A DNA stretch of 64,000 nucleotides from the human T2T-CHM13v2.0 reference genome, Homo sapiens (GCF_009914755.1 NC_060942.1); one strand, 5' to 3'. Positions 13,517 through 29,327 are shown, numbered from the stretch's first letter. Notes: generated by a model from the letters alone, not told the origin. Program-made: numbers and translations.

Positions 13517-16500
13517 GGAACATTCAGGAAATAGGTTAGAAAATAAAGGATTTTTCTGATGACAGACACAGAGGAACAGTCTAGGACGTATTAAATAGTG
13601 GGAGATAAAGTGAGATTAGAAGATATCCAGAGAAATGTGAAGAGAGTTGTCCTTGAGAAAAGGGATGGCATAGGAGCTGTGGACTTCTGATTGTGACCAG
13701 AGTAAAAAAGCTGCAAGGTGTGATGGGTCTAGACCTGGTGATTGATTAGAAGTGAAGGTCAACAACCCTAATTAATGCCTCCTTCTTGGGAATAAGCAAA
13801 TCATAGAAAGTTTGTGCATGGGGAACAGGGAGACTCCAGGGGCAGTGGAGAGGCAGAGAAGAGTGGTATCATGGGAGCACACAGAAATCTCTGGGCATCC
13901 CCTCAGTCTAGCTGTGGACAGTGCCCTCGTTGGGCTGGGAAAGGTTGGGGGAGAGAGAGCTCACCAGGAACATGTACTAAGTTGTTCCATTTTTACTGAT
14001 GCTGATTTCTATTCATTCTTTTGCCTTATATTGTAGTAAGTGTCTACTAAATTTAGATTTAGTGAATAGTCTAAATCTAAAACTCTATAAATTCACTTTT
14101 ATCATTGTAATTTGCCACTGAGAACCCACCATTCAGAACAACAGTCCAACTTCAAATTGCTTCAGTGATTATATTGTTAATATTTCCTAGCTTCCAGAAT
14201 TGAATCTCATGAAATTCATGGAATTTGGATCAATGTGTGTGGGTACTGTGGTGATCCATTCCCTCCTGTGGACTATTTCTCCTTTCTGAACTGAATGCTT
14301 CTTTGGTTTTATGTCTACTCATTAATGACTACATAGTAACCCACTTCTGACAAAGGCCAGTCTACACTGCCAAAGTGTTTCACTTAGCATGCCTCCCAGT
14401 GGAAGCAGAGGTGGAATCCAAAGTTTTCAGTTCATGTTGCTGATTCATTCAAGTTACTGAAGAAATGTCCAGAGACTAGAGACTGTGGAAGTTGTTTCTG
14501 TTCTGTGAAAAAAAAAAAAGTGAAAAATTAAGAATTAAGAGTGGAGATGTCACTTGGTGTTGCCAGGCTTTGGGGTTTTATATACCTGTATAATTTTTAA
14601 AAATAGAAAAGGCACAGAATCAACAACCATTTAAACAACCACCACCACAACTAATATCTGCTTACACCAGCATTTTATTAAAGAATTGCTATTTTCACAC
14701 TTTAAAAAGCAACTACATTTCACATTTTGAAAAACATGTATGTCCTCATTTTTTTTTCTTATTTCTACATCATACTAATGAAAAGTCCAGCATGGATCTC
14801 CAAGAAGCTGCAGACCTGAGTTAGAGAACCTGAACTAGCTGACCTCTGAGCCTTTACAAATGTGATATTCTGTAACAATCTTATTTAGTAGTATAATGCA
14901 TAATTATGTATTTGGTTCTGTACTATTCAGTCTGCTTTATTAATCTCACTTGTAGCTTTAATAAAATTTCCAGAAATGATATTAGAAGTTACATCTAGAT
15001 GTTTCTCTATGTATTTACTTTGCTGCGGTGTTGTCAGTCATTGCACAAGACCTGATACTGCTGTTCAGACTGTTCAATAAATATATAAAATAATGAAATG
15101 TATTTATTAAATATAATAATTTAATTATTTTAAACCATCATGTGGGCAATACATAATTTCTCCAAAAAAATTCTAACAAAAGGAATCTCTGAAAAAGCTG
15201 TCTTTCAGCACACAATAGATCAAAATGTGTAAAATAGCATGAAGTTCTAAACACAGCTGAAAGTTCATACAGCATTGTTAACACAGTGCGTTTGTTCTTG
15301 GATAGGAAAGCTGTGCTGATGAAAGTACTCTATTTGCCTTATAGATTAATACACCTGCACCTGTTACAATTCTCATGGATGTTAAACAGCATGTCATCCA
15401 AAAGGAAAACCGAGAATACTGCCTGTTGCCCCATGCTGTAGCTACCTGCTAACCACAGTAGAATAAAGTATATGAAAGGTCCTTCCACAATTTCTGGAAT
15501 ATAGCAAGCCCAAATAAGCATTTATTAATTCAGTCAGTGTACTGGGTTTAAAAATTGTGGACAGTAGATGACAACAGAAAAATCCCACCAAATGGAAACA
15601 TCATACAAATACTGCATACACACATACAAAGAAACAATTGGAATTTAATATTCGATTCACTGAAAGTGCTTTTCAACTTTGTAGCAGGGCCAGTAGACAT
15701 CTGGGAACCCATAAAAATGAGAAAAATAAGCCTGAGCTACAGCAATCAGGATAGAAAAGTGTGAAGGAAGGGGGCTGTTTTTGCACGAAATTTTAGAGCC
15801 AGCTGTTAACTTCAAGAGGCAGTTGCAAAGAGTGACAGCTGTGAAAGCAATAGATTCTCTTACATAAAAAGCCAGTTAGTAGGTGTTAGTACAGGAAAAT
15901 ATTGATTATGCAAAGTGGAAGTGAGAGTACTTCCTTAGTGAGAAGATTGTGCAGATTAGTATTTTCTAGCCACTGACCTCATGGAAGCCATCATCTGTGG
16001 CATCATTAATAAGTACAAGGACTAGCAGAGGTTGGGCAAGCCTGGGGTTTTTCATGTAAATAACACTACTCTCCAGTATGTCTTAATTTAAAAATGCCTA
16101 ATGTATCACACTATAGTGTTATATATTTCTTTCCTAAGTCTATGATTAAATAAATATGTTTTTTTAAAAAAAATAATAGAAACTCTTGCTATAGCTGAAG
16201 CCTACTGACATATTTACATGTCTTGTTTCAAAGGGCACTATCCCCTGAAAAAGAAAATAATGCAATGCTCAACAAACTCAAGAGAACCATACTTGGGAAC
16301 TCCCCTTCAATCTTAAAAGGAGAACTAGAAAGGAAAATCAAGGAATTCAGTCTCAATGGAATTTTCCATATAATTGTGGACCTTCTATGGAACGTTCTAA
16401 ACTTTAGTTGACATAACAATTTTAAATTAGAGTACATATATTTATAATTACATCTGCATTGAAGTTTTATTTAGGAAATTATCTTTTTGAAAAAGCTATT

Positions 16501-17908
16501 TTTCATAACATCTTTAGAATCTAGTGCCTAAAGTTTTAGGTATCTGTCTAGGCATTCATGAGGAAGCAACTCGCAGTGTGTGTTTGGCTATGGTAATTAC
16601 TCAAGGTCAGGTAATTACTGGGCAGAAAAGAGTGCTGGTTTCTCGGTGTTGAGGAGGAAGCCTGGAGACTTGCAATGGGTAAAACTGACTGGGCAATATG
16701 TGTCCATTACCAAAAGGGGCCCTTAGGATACTGTCAGAAGCAGTTGGTATTGACTGAGTTATCAACATTTGCAGTTGTGGCCTCAAGAAAAGATGATGTT
16801 GTTTAATACTGTGATTCCAACAAGTGGCAGATAAAGTTCAAAGGTAGCTATCCTTGTCCAGCAAGATTCCCTACAAAGTGAATGTGGAAAGCACAAGTGC
16901 AGAATCCTATCACCGGAGAGAGACTGATGTAAGTCCTTGGCAAGCTACCAAATTTCAATTTAGAGCTTGTGGGGGCTAATGGGAAGGGGACATAGGGAAG
17001 TATGAGTCCAGGCAGCGCTTGGAACAAGGGATCTGATAAGTAGCAGAGGTGATGGTAGTGACGTGAGATGCCCTGCAGTCTGGCTAGCCAATGGACACTG
17101 GATCTGGAAGTCCCAATTAATCTTGAATCCCTTTGCAGTAAAAGGGAGGAACCTCTGCTGGGTGTTGCAGTCAGTGGGGGACAAGGATATGATGTAAATC
17201 CAAGTTTATATTCCTACTAGGATATGTACTCCATGGAAAATTATTACAGTTTTAAAATTTCTCAGTTATGTTTTTGTTATATATTTTCTAATGTGTGATT
17301 AACTTAACCAGGCACCATAGTAGTTAGCAACAACAAAGAAGTATAAGTTGATTTTTAATTATAGAATGCATAACTTAAAAAATAGATCTAGCAATTTATT
17401 TTCATGGTAGCATGTAAAACATTGAAATGGTTAGTAGTGTATCTTTATTTCAACCTCCTTGTTTAAGGAATATGAGTAACAAAATGTCAGATATGCAAGT
17501 TTGGATTTCAGAGCTTCCCACTACCTTCAATTCAATCTTCTGCCCAACTCTAAGATTTTATAAATTATATTTAATTTCTTAAATATTTTTATTATAAATG
17601 GCAATAGGTAGAATTTAATGCAGTTTGTTCAGTTGTGTCCATTTCTTTTTCTTTTTCAGGTAAGAGAAAATTATTTTATTTGTTTCTCCGCAGGCTGTAG
17701 GAAACATTAATAATTCATGGAGTCAGTTTCTTCTGTGTCAACACTTTCTGAGCACACCACCAGGTCCCAAGCTTACCTGGCTTTCTCAAAGCACAGTGTG
17801 CAGCACGTTTGTTCAGAGATCATTCATTAAGGATCTATGGGAGGCTCGGCTCTGTAGTACTCATATAATCATACTGTGGGAAGAATGTTTAAAATACAAT
17901 TTCCTGTA

Positions 17909-18007
17909 AATTGGTACAAGAGCATAAGAAATGGCCAAGTGCTTTGAAAAATGAACTAATTGGTACAAGAGCCTAGGAAATAGCCAAGTGCTTTGAAAAA
18001 ATGAACT
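17909..18007. repeat. Tandem duplication, 2 x ~49 bp
   Basis: AATTGGTACAAGAGCATAAGAAATGGCCAAGTGCTTTGAAAAATGAACT followed by a near-identical copy. Confidence 0.9.
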
Positions 18008-18586
18008 TACTGACACACGATAAAAAACATGGGTCTCCCCTTCCCCCAGCAATGAGAATATATTTCTTCTCATATTGTCATACTCCCTCCTTCTGGCCTC
18101 TGTCTAACCAAAGGCATACATGTCAGCTCATCCTAACTGAACACCTTATGTTCATTCTGCAACTCTGGGTCAGTAAAGCTGGCTAATTTACATGGAGATC
18201 TGCCCTATCAAGTGAGCCCAATCAGTATAGTACTGAAACTCTGAATTAATCATGCCTCTTTAATCAATGAGAAGGAAGAGTCTCAAAGATTAATTCAGAT
18301 CAACGAAAGGATCTAGAATCATGCATGATTTCCTGCTTGACTGACTCTATGCTAGTAAATATGCCTCTGACAAATTAGTCACATAGGTTCAATATCCCAA
18401 GGAAACTAAAAAATGAAGACATAATCAATGCATCCAACATTATCTCACAAACACCAAGTCATCAACCAAACCTTTAAACAAAGTTGAAGTGACATTTTGT
18501 GGCTAAAATGTGAGTAATTTGAGTAAGGGCCATGGGGGAGGGGAAGCCACCCAGTAATTACCTGCCCTTATTTTTTTGTAATTTTC

Positions 18587-18846
18587 TTTCTTTCTTTCTT
18601 TCTTTTTTTTTTATCTCAGCTCACTGCAACTTCTGCTTCCCAGGTTCAAGCAATTCCCGTGCCTCAGCCTCCCAAGTAGCTGAGATTACATGTGTGTGCC
18701 ACCACGCCTGGCTAATTTTTGTACTTTTTATTAGAGACGGGGTTTTGCTGTGTTGGCCAGACTGGTCTGGAACTCCCAACCTCAATCCACCCACCTCGGC
18801 CTCCCAAAATGCTGGCATTACAGATGTGAGCCACTACACCCCACCC
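18587..18846 (-). mobile_element. AluS lacking the distal ~45 nt of the right arm
   Basis: Alu body with a (TTTC)n/poly(T) tail joined directly to ATCTCAGCTCACTG; TSD TTGTAATTTTC. Confidence 0.9.
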
Positions 18847-21800
18847 TGTTGTAATTTTCATGATTATAAATCTGCTGTTATGATATTATCTAAAATGATA
18901 TAGAAAGAATAAGTGTAATATAAGTTACCATATACTGGTGATTTACTGCAAATATAAATAATTTTTGAAAGATTGGAAATTTGTATAATAATTTTTTGAA
19001 AGAAATTATTTTCTGCTTTTTATAAGTTTGATCAGGCCCTCTTGCTCACCAACAAAAGCAAAATATATACATATTTCAACATCATAGAGAGCTATTGTTA
19101 TATTATAATGATACTTTTTAAAATTATTAAATTTCTAACTCTTTATGCCAGGGAGCCTCAGTCAACCTGTCAGCTTCGTGCCTTCATTTCCCCCAACGTT
19201 CATCATAAAGAAAGCTATAAGTAGCAAGAATTGATCTTTCTACGGATTTGCTCTGAGCTGCAACCAGCCAAGGAATTACTCTATTGTATGTGTCACTGTG
19301 AGACGTCTTGGGAGAAGTCTTACAGGGTGGGAATTACTCTGTGCTCTGACCTGTGTGCATAAGGCCTAACTCAATGAAAATTACACATTGCCCTTATACT
19401 GGACAAGTTTATGAAAGACATCCATTATTATTTTTTAAACTATATTGGGTTCCTGGAGATATACCTTACTGTTATCCTTGAGTGAATTGGCTTCACTTTT
19501 TCTTTGTCACAGAACAAACCTGTTTACATAAACTGCATCTTCATGTATAGATATACAAGGACAAATTCAACATTTGAAAATCACTTCTAAAAAGACATAC
19601 GACTGAGCTTAAATGACAAAAGTTGGAATAGATTGTTTAGGAGAAGACTATTGGATATTAAGCCTTTGCTTTATGAATTTGAATTTCAATATATCCTGGG
19701 TGCAATCTGTCTCTGCATATTTCAGCTAAATTGTAATCACAGCAACCAACTAAGTGTTAACCCAGCCAGAATCTTTCTTGGATGCTTTTGAGATAAATCT
19801 AAAATAAATAAGACAAAACAAGGATTAATGGAAGATTAAAAGATTCACATAAACATAGCTAAATGTTAACGATTGAAGACAATATTTTTGGAAGCTGGGG
19901 AAACCTTTTACCTTCTGTTTCTTGAGGCTTAGGAGATTTATTCTTGGGTAGTTAGAGACTTTGATTTTCCTCTTTTAATGAATGACTTCCTCCTCTTCCA
20001 TGCTGCCTTACATGTATTTTTGTGCTATAAATTTTGTAATAGCACATTTAATTGAAAAATTTTAGGCCTACCCTGTCTCAAAAGACAGGACTGTAGTCTT
20101 GCCTGAAGGTGTCCCTATACTCTGGTAATTCACACAGGTTAGAGGTGTGTCCCAGACCAGAAAGCAAAGCTGTAAGGGTAAAGGTCAATAGAAAGGTAAA
20201 GGTCAATAGAGAGCCTAAAGATTGACAGCTCTATCTCTTTTAGGCTGAATTCTTTTCAATATTTTTCTTTCTCAGTAGAAACAATCTCATTTGAGGAAAA
20301 CTTGATGATAATTAACATTTTATAAGGCATTTTACAATCGAAGCATTTCTTTCAGCATTTAGAGTATTGAAAGGAAAATATTAAGTGATTAAAAAGGCAT
20401 GTGCTTTGATTTAAGGGCATTGAAAGAAATATCTATCATTTGGTCATATCTGTGCACACCCTCCTTCCCTGACACTAAGATTCCTAGTAGACTTTGATTA
20501 GCCTCCTAACCATCCCAAGCCAGGAGTCAAAATTCCTAAATATCTGCCTCTACCTCTTGGTTCTTTAAGGACTTTCACTGACCCCTGAACAAAAATACCT
20601 TAAGACCTTAACAGAAGTATGTTAATATCGGGTAACTGCATAATGGCATTATAATCAAACCTTTTGTCTTTTTAATGCTTGACCAATTCAATACTTTACC
20701 CTTGGAGGAGATAATGCCACTGGCCAGGAAACAGGAAGCAAGTCTGTGAAAGTGTTCTAGCCCACTTAGATTCAAATCAAGTCTCTAGAATGATTGTGGC
20801 TAATACTGATTCTTTAGCAATCTTCACACAATGGAATTTCTTTCCCTTATTCCCACCTTAATAAGTGGTACCACCTTTTAACAAGTCCCTCTCAATCCCC
20901 AAAGAAATGTCATCTAGAGCTCCTGCCTCCTGGTGTTTTCTTCACCCTCTTTCCCTTTCTCTCTCTCTGCTCCCACTAACATGGTCAGCAGAGCATTGTC
21001 ATTTCTCTCTAAGAAGTGCTAATATCTAACTGGTTTCTGACCCCTCTATGATCTGTCCACACTAGAGCCATCAGAATCTCTCGAGAACATAAATCGGCAT
21101 CTTCTTTAAATCCCATCATACAAGGATTCCCTGTAGGTTACAAGGAATTTACATTATATAAAGCATTTTATAATCGAAGCATTTCTTTCAGCGTTTAGAG
21201 TATTGAAAGGAAAATATCAAGTGATTAAAAAGAAAATCAAAGCCTGTGCTTTGATTTAAAGGCATTGAAAGAAATATCCATCCTTTTTAATGTTAATTAA
21301 AAAGCTTCCCTCTCATTCACAAAGTTCCTGGACTGCATCCTAACTCTCTCACTTTTCTGACTCTCCTTTTAATCTAGTTTACAGGAGTGCCCAGATTACC
21401 ATTGCTGTTTATGTTGCTTTGTTCCATAGTTACATCCTACTTGTAATTCAGACTCAACTCAGTCCTGACAAAAGACTTCTGTTTTAGCTTTCCTATCTTA
21501 TTTCACAATTGCAAGCTTTAATTGTTTTATTTCCTTTCCTTTTGCTGATTTTTTCTACTTTGTTTCTCTGAGCATTATTTTAGAGCCATATTAGATGAGA
21601 TTTTTTATTATTTGTAACAACTATTGCCTTTTATTACTAATGATAATGACTGTAGTACTTTAAAAGTTAGTCTTTAAATGGGCCTCATAAAGGGTAACTT
21701 TGAAACTGATCTGGTGATTTGTACATTTGGCAAATGAATCAAAATTTGAAATTGAATGAATTTGTCTTGATGAATTCTGGCCATTAAAAAAAGATTTAGA

Positions 21801-23129
21801 GTAACTATTATCTGAATTTAGATATCAGTTTTTGTTCCTTAAGTTCCTTATTAAAGAAATGTTTGAAATCATACTCTCTGCCTTAAAAATCCCAAAGTGT
21901 TCTCTGGGAACATAGGTAAACAACTCTAGAAAGCTTCTAACAGTGATATTTTATCCTTTTTCTTTTATCCTAGTGTACAACCTCAGTTGGATTAGGCCAA
22001 TTCCCTAAAATTTCATAGAAAGGAATTTGTTTTCATTGTTATAAACTAGAGGGTTTTAGGAATTGGCAGGATGAGAGTGGGATTTTCTCCGCGATCCTTC
22101 TGTCAACATTTTTCATACACTATTTTCTAAGGGACTAGTGAGCAGAGTACTCCTGAGTCCACTAGAAGGTGCATGGAGTGGTTGATTGATTTATTGATTT
22201 TCGGCTAGGGGATCTATATGCAGTGCTAAACTGGACCTTCTTGCTCACCCAAAGCAAGTAGAAACAGTTACTGGATTATCAGAAAAATATCCAGATTTTA
22301 ACTTAACAGCTGTGTCACATCAGGGTGGTGAGCAGGTGAATCGACACATTTTTTAATACATTTTCCAAAATTGCCTAGTTAAATTCTTAGATGCCTTTTG
22401 AGTCTGAGAATTGTCATTTTGGGCCTGTCTACATTTTAATAAATAAACCAAATTAAATGCATTGTCAAAAGAACAATAAAATTAATCTAGTTTTGTTCTA
22501 GTGTTCTTACCTAAAATGAATTAAAACATCAAGTGATTTCAACTCTTCATGTATATTGCATTGTTATTCAGGGATCTTCAACTTTTTTCTATTACTTCTA
22601 AGAGACAGTAGAACTCCAAATAGTCTGGATGTTATATTTCTAATCAAAAATGTCTTTAAAAGATTATCTCTTTAAAGGAAAAAAATTTCATTTTCCTATT
22701 ATATTTTGCTTTGTCCTCACTTTTTCTGATCACTATATTTATTCCTATAACTATTCAGTTAATTGTACAGCTTTCATTGATGACATTGCATTCTGCATTG
22801 TTCAATAGAGCCCCTTCTTAGGCACTGCTTTTAGTCTCATATTAACTCCAATTTCTTTAATCCAGATTGCCCTTATTTACTTTGATATGAAACATAAGGC
22901 CATCTGTTGAGCCTGAGCTTTTACTATTTTTGTCATCACTATGAATAGACTGGCCTCCATTCATGCTCTCCTGATGGATCTGTCTTGTCAACCATAAAGA
23001 GAAAAGAGTTTTGTTTTAGCTCGCCTATCTTATTCCACAGAGATTGATAATTTCCCACTCAAACTCTTACAGTTTGTGTCTCATTCATATGAAGGCCTTT
23101 CTCTTCACCCTACCCATGTGTAGGCAAAA

Positions 23130-24070
23130 AACAAGTCAAGTGGTTCTGCCTCCAAACTATATCCCACAGGTGTTCGCCTCACCACAGCCATCACTCAAAC
23201 CAAGTTCCCAAAATCGCTTACCTAGGCTATTGCAGCATCTTCTCCACGGGTTCTACCACTCAGCTAATGCACTCTCCATTCAGCAGCCAGAAAGGCTTTT
23301 TGTTTTACTTTTTATTGGATATTTTTTTTTGTCAATGCTTGTTGGCATTTCCAAAGTAGTTGCTTCTCCAGTGCCCAATCTGGGATGTATAAGGTGAAAA
23401 GAAAACCCAGGGAACTCATTGCTGCATTGTTCCTCAGAGGCTGAGGTCCCTAGCAGCCTGTCTTCATCTCTCCAGCTTTCAGAGGATACTTGTGTTTGCT
23501 TTATGTATAATATCTAGAGTTTTAGGCTGAACATAGCAGGAGGGCTAGGAAAAAGTATATCTTTTGGTCTAGATCTGAAAGTCCTGAATGCCATTTAAAA
23601 ATATATATCACATTGCATCCCTGTACCAAGCTTAAAACCTTTCAGTGACTTTCTCTTGCTCTTAATATACAATGAAAATTTACCTCTGTGACGCATAAGA
23701 CCCAAATAATGTGATCTTGGCCTGTCTCTGCAATATTTATGTGTCAGTGGCTCTCATTCTATTCAACTGGCCTTATATTTCCTTGAATAAACTAAGACTC
23801 TTTTCCCACTCAGAATCTTTCCCCATGTTGTTCCCTTTGTCTCAGCCATTTGTCATCAATGCTGTCACTGCTTGGCTCCATTTCAGCCTCTGGTTTAAAT
23901 GCTCCCTCCTTTATAATGTCCTTCCCAAGCCACCTTATCTCATATTCTTCTCTTACTTTCCTATGTTTAAATTTTCTTCAGAAATTAATATAACTCATAT
24001 TTTTCCATCGTTACTTTTCATAGTCTATATGAACAGGTTCCCAACTTTGCCTTTTAATCTTTTGAAAGGT
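23130..24070 (+). mobile_element. L2 fragment interrupted by an L1 5'-end insertion
   Basis: CAGCAGCCAG...CTTAAAACCTTTCAGTGACTTTCTCTTGCTCTTAAT...GTGATCTTGGCCTGTCTC...TTTAAATGCTCCCTCC are L2 motifs. Confidence 0.6.
23301..23584 (-). mobile_element. Isolated 5'-UTR fragment of an old L1 (L1MD-like)
   Basis: CTTCTCCAGTGCCCAATCTGGGATGTATAAGGTGAAAAGAAAACCCAGGGAACTCA...GGTCCCTAGC...TTTCAGAG...GAAAGTCC resembles the antisense L1MD 5' end (from memory of the consensus). Confidence 0.6.
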
Positions 24071-24434
24071 GCATTTAATGAACACCTCGATGGAAGATGG
24101 TAGTATGTTGTAATCAACCATTTCATAAAGAAATACAAAAAAAGCCCCTGAGTTATAGATCACTATGTCATCACGGGCCCAGTTGCTAGTTTTGGTTTGC
24201 TTATTTTTTTTTAACTATTTTTTTTTTAAATTATACTTTAAGTTTTAGGGTACATGTGCACAATGTGCAGGTTAGTTACATATGTATACATGTGCCATGC
24301 TGGTGCGCTGCACCCACTAACTCGTCATCTAGCATTAGGTATATCTCCCAATGCTATCCCTCCCCCCTCCCCCCACCCCACCACAGTCCCCAGAGTGTGA
24401 TATTCCCCTTCCTGTGTCCATGTGATCTCATTGT

Positions 24435-28250
<3,816 letters not shown>

Positions 28251-28313
28251 TATGATGTTAGCTGGTGATTTTGCTCGTTAGTTGATGCAGTTTCTTCCTA
28301 GTCTCGATGGTCT

Positions 28314-29327
28314 TTACATTTTGGCATGATTTTGCAGCGGCTGGTACCGGTTGTTCCTTTCCATGTTTAGTGCTTCCTTCAGGAGCGCTTTTAGGGCAGG
28401 CCTGGTGGTGACAAAATCTGTCAGCATTTGCTTGTCTATAAAGTATTTTATTTCTCCTTCACTTATGAAGCTTAGTTTGGCTGGATATGAAATTCTGGGT
28501 TGAAAATTCTTTTCTTTAAGAATGTTGAATATCGGCCCCCACTCTCTTCTGGCTTGTAGGGTTTCTGCCGAGAGATCCACTGTTAGTCTGATGGGCTTCC
28601 CTTTGAGGGTAACCCAACCTTTCTCTCTGGCTGCCCTTAACATTTTTTCCTTCATTTCAACTTTGGTGAATCTGACAATTATGTGTCTTGGAGTTGCTCT
28701 TCTCGAGGAGTATCTTTGTGGCATTTTCTGTATTTCCTGAATCTGAACATTGGCCTGCCTTGCTAGATTGGGGAAGTTCTCCTGGATGATATCCTGCAGA
28801 GTGTTTTCCAACTTGGTTCCATTCTCCCCATCACTTTCAGGTACACCAATCAGACGTAGATTTGGTCTTTTCACATAGTCCCATATTTCTTGGAGGCTTT
28901 GCTCATTTCTTATTCTTTTTTCTCTAAACTTCCCTTCTCGCTTCATTTCATTCATTTCATCTTCCATTGCTGATACCCTTTCTTCCAGTTGATCGCATTG
29001 GCTCCTGAGGCTTCTGCATTCTTCACGTAGTTCTCGAGCCTTGGTTTTCAGCTCCATCAGCTCCTTTAAGCACTTCTCTGTATTGGTTATTCTAGTTATA
29101 CATTCTTCTAAATTTTTTTCAAAGTTTTCAACTTCTTTGCCTTTGGTTTGAATGTCCTCCTGTAGCTCAGAGTAATTTGATCGTCTGAAGCCTTCTTCTC
29201 TCAGCTCGTCAAAGTCATTCTCCATCCAGCTTTGTTCCATTGCTGGTGAGGAACTGCGTTCCTTTGGAGGAGGAGAGGCGCTCTGCGTTTCAGAGTTTCC
29301 CGTTTTTCTGTTCTGTTTTTTCCCCAT
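28314..29327 (-). CDS. L1 ORF1p RNA-binding / nucleic acid chaperone, open frame of 337 aa
   Basis: MGKKQNRKTGNS...coiled coil...RRM...REKG, ARR and YPAKLS motifs...NHAKM*; one codon shorter than the 338-aa consensus. Confidence 0.93.
   Translation of the reverse strand: MGKKQNRKTGNSETQSASPPPKERSSSPAMEQSWMENDFDELREEGFRRSNYSELQEDIQTKGKEVENFEKNLEECITRITNTEKCLKELMELKTKARELREECRSLRSQCDQLEERVSAMEDEMNEMKREGKFREKRIRNEQSLQEIWDYVKRPNLRLIGVPESDGENGTKLENTLQDIIQENFPNLARQANVQIQEIQKMPQRYSSRRATPRHIIVRFTKVEMKEKMLRAAREKGWVTLKGKPIRLTVDLSAETLQARREWGPIFNILKEKNFQPRISYPAKLSFISEGEIKYFIDKQMLTDFVTTRPALKALLKEALNMERNNRYQPLQNHAKM

Noticed and set aside
17909-18007. CRISPR-like or other prokaryotic repeat-spacer array
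   Set aside because: Only two abutting copies with no spacers, in clearly primate DNA; no cas-like ORFs.
21950-22341. Strong acceptor TTTTTCTTTTATCCTAG (~21973) with a possible donor CAG|GTGAAT (~22336)
   Set aside because: The implied exon is long (~360 nt) with no ORF and a mediocre donor; isolated acceptors are common in T-rich DNA.
23711-24103. 130-aa hydrophobic ORF and similar F/L/I-rich ORFs (23044, 49874, 56894)
   Set aside because: They arise from T-rich L2/L1 strands; the apparent membrane character is a composition artefact.
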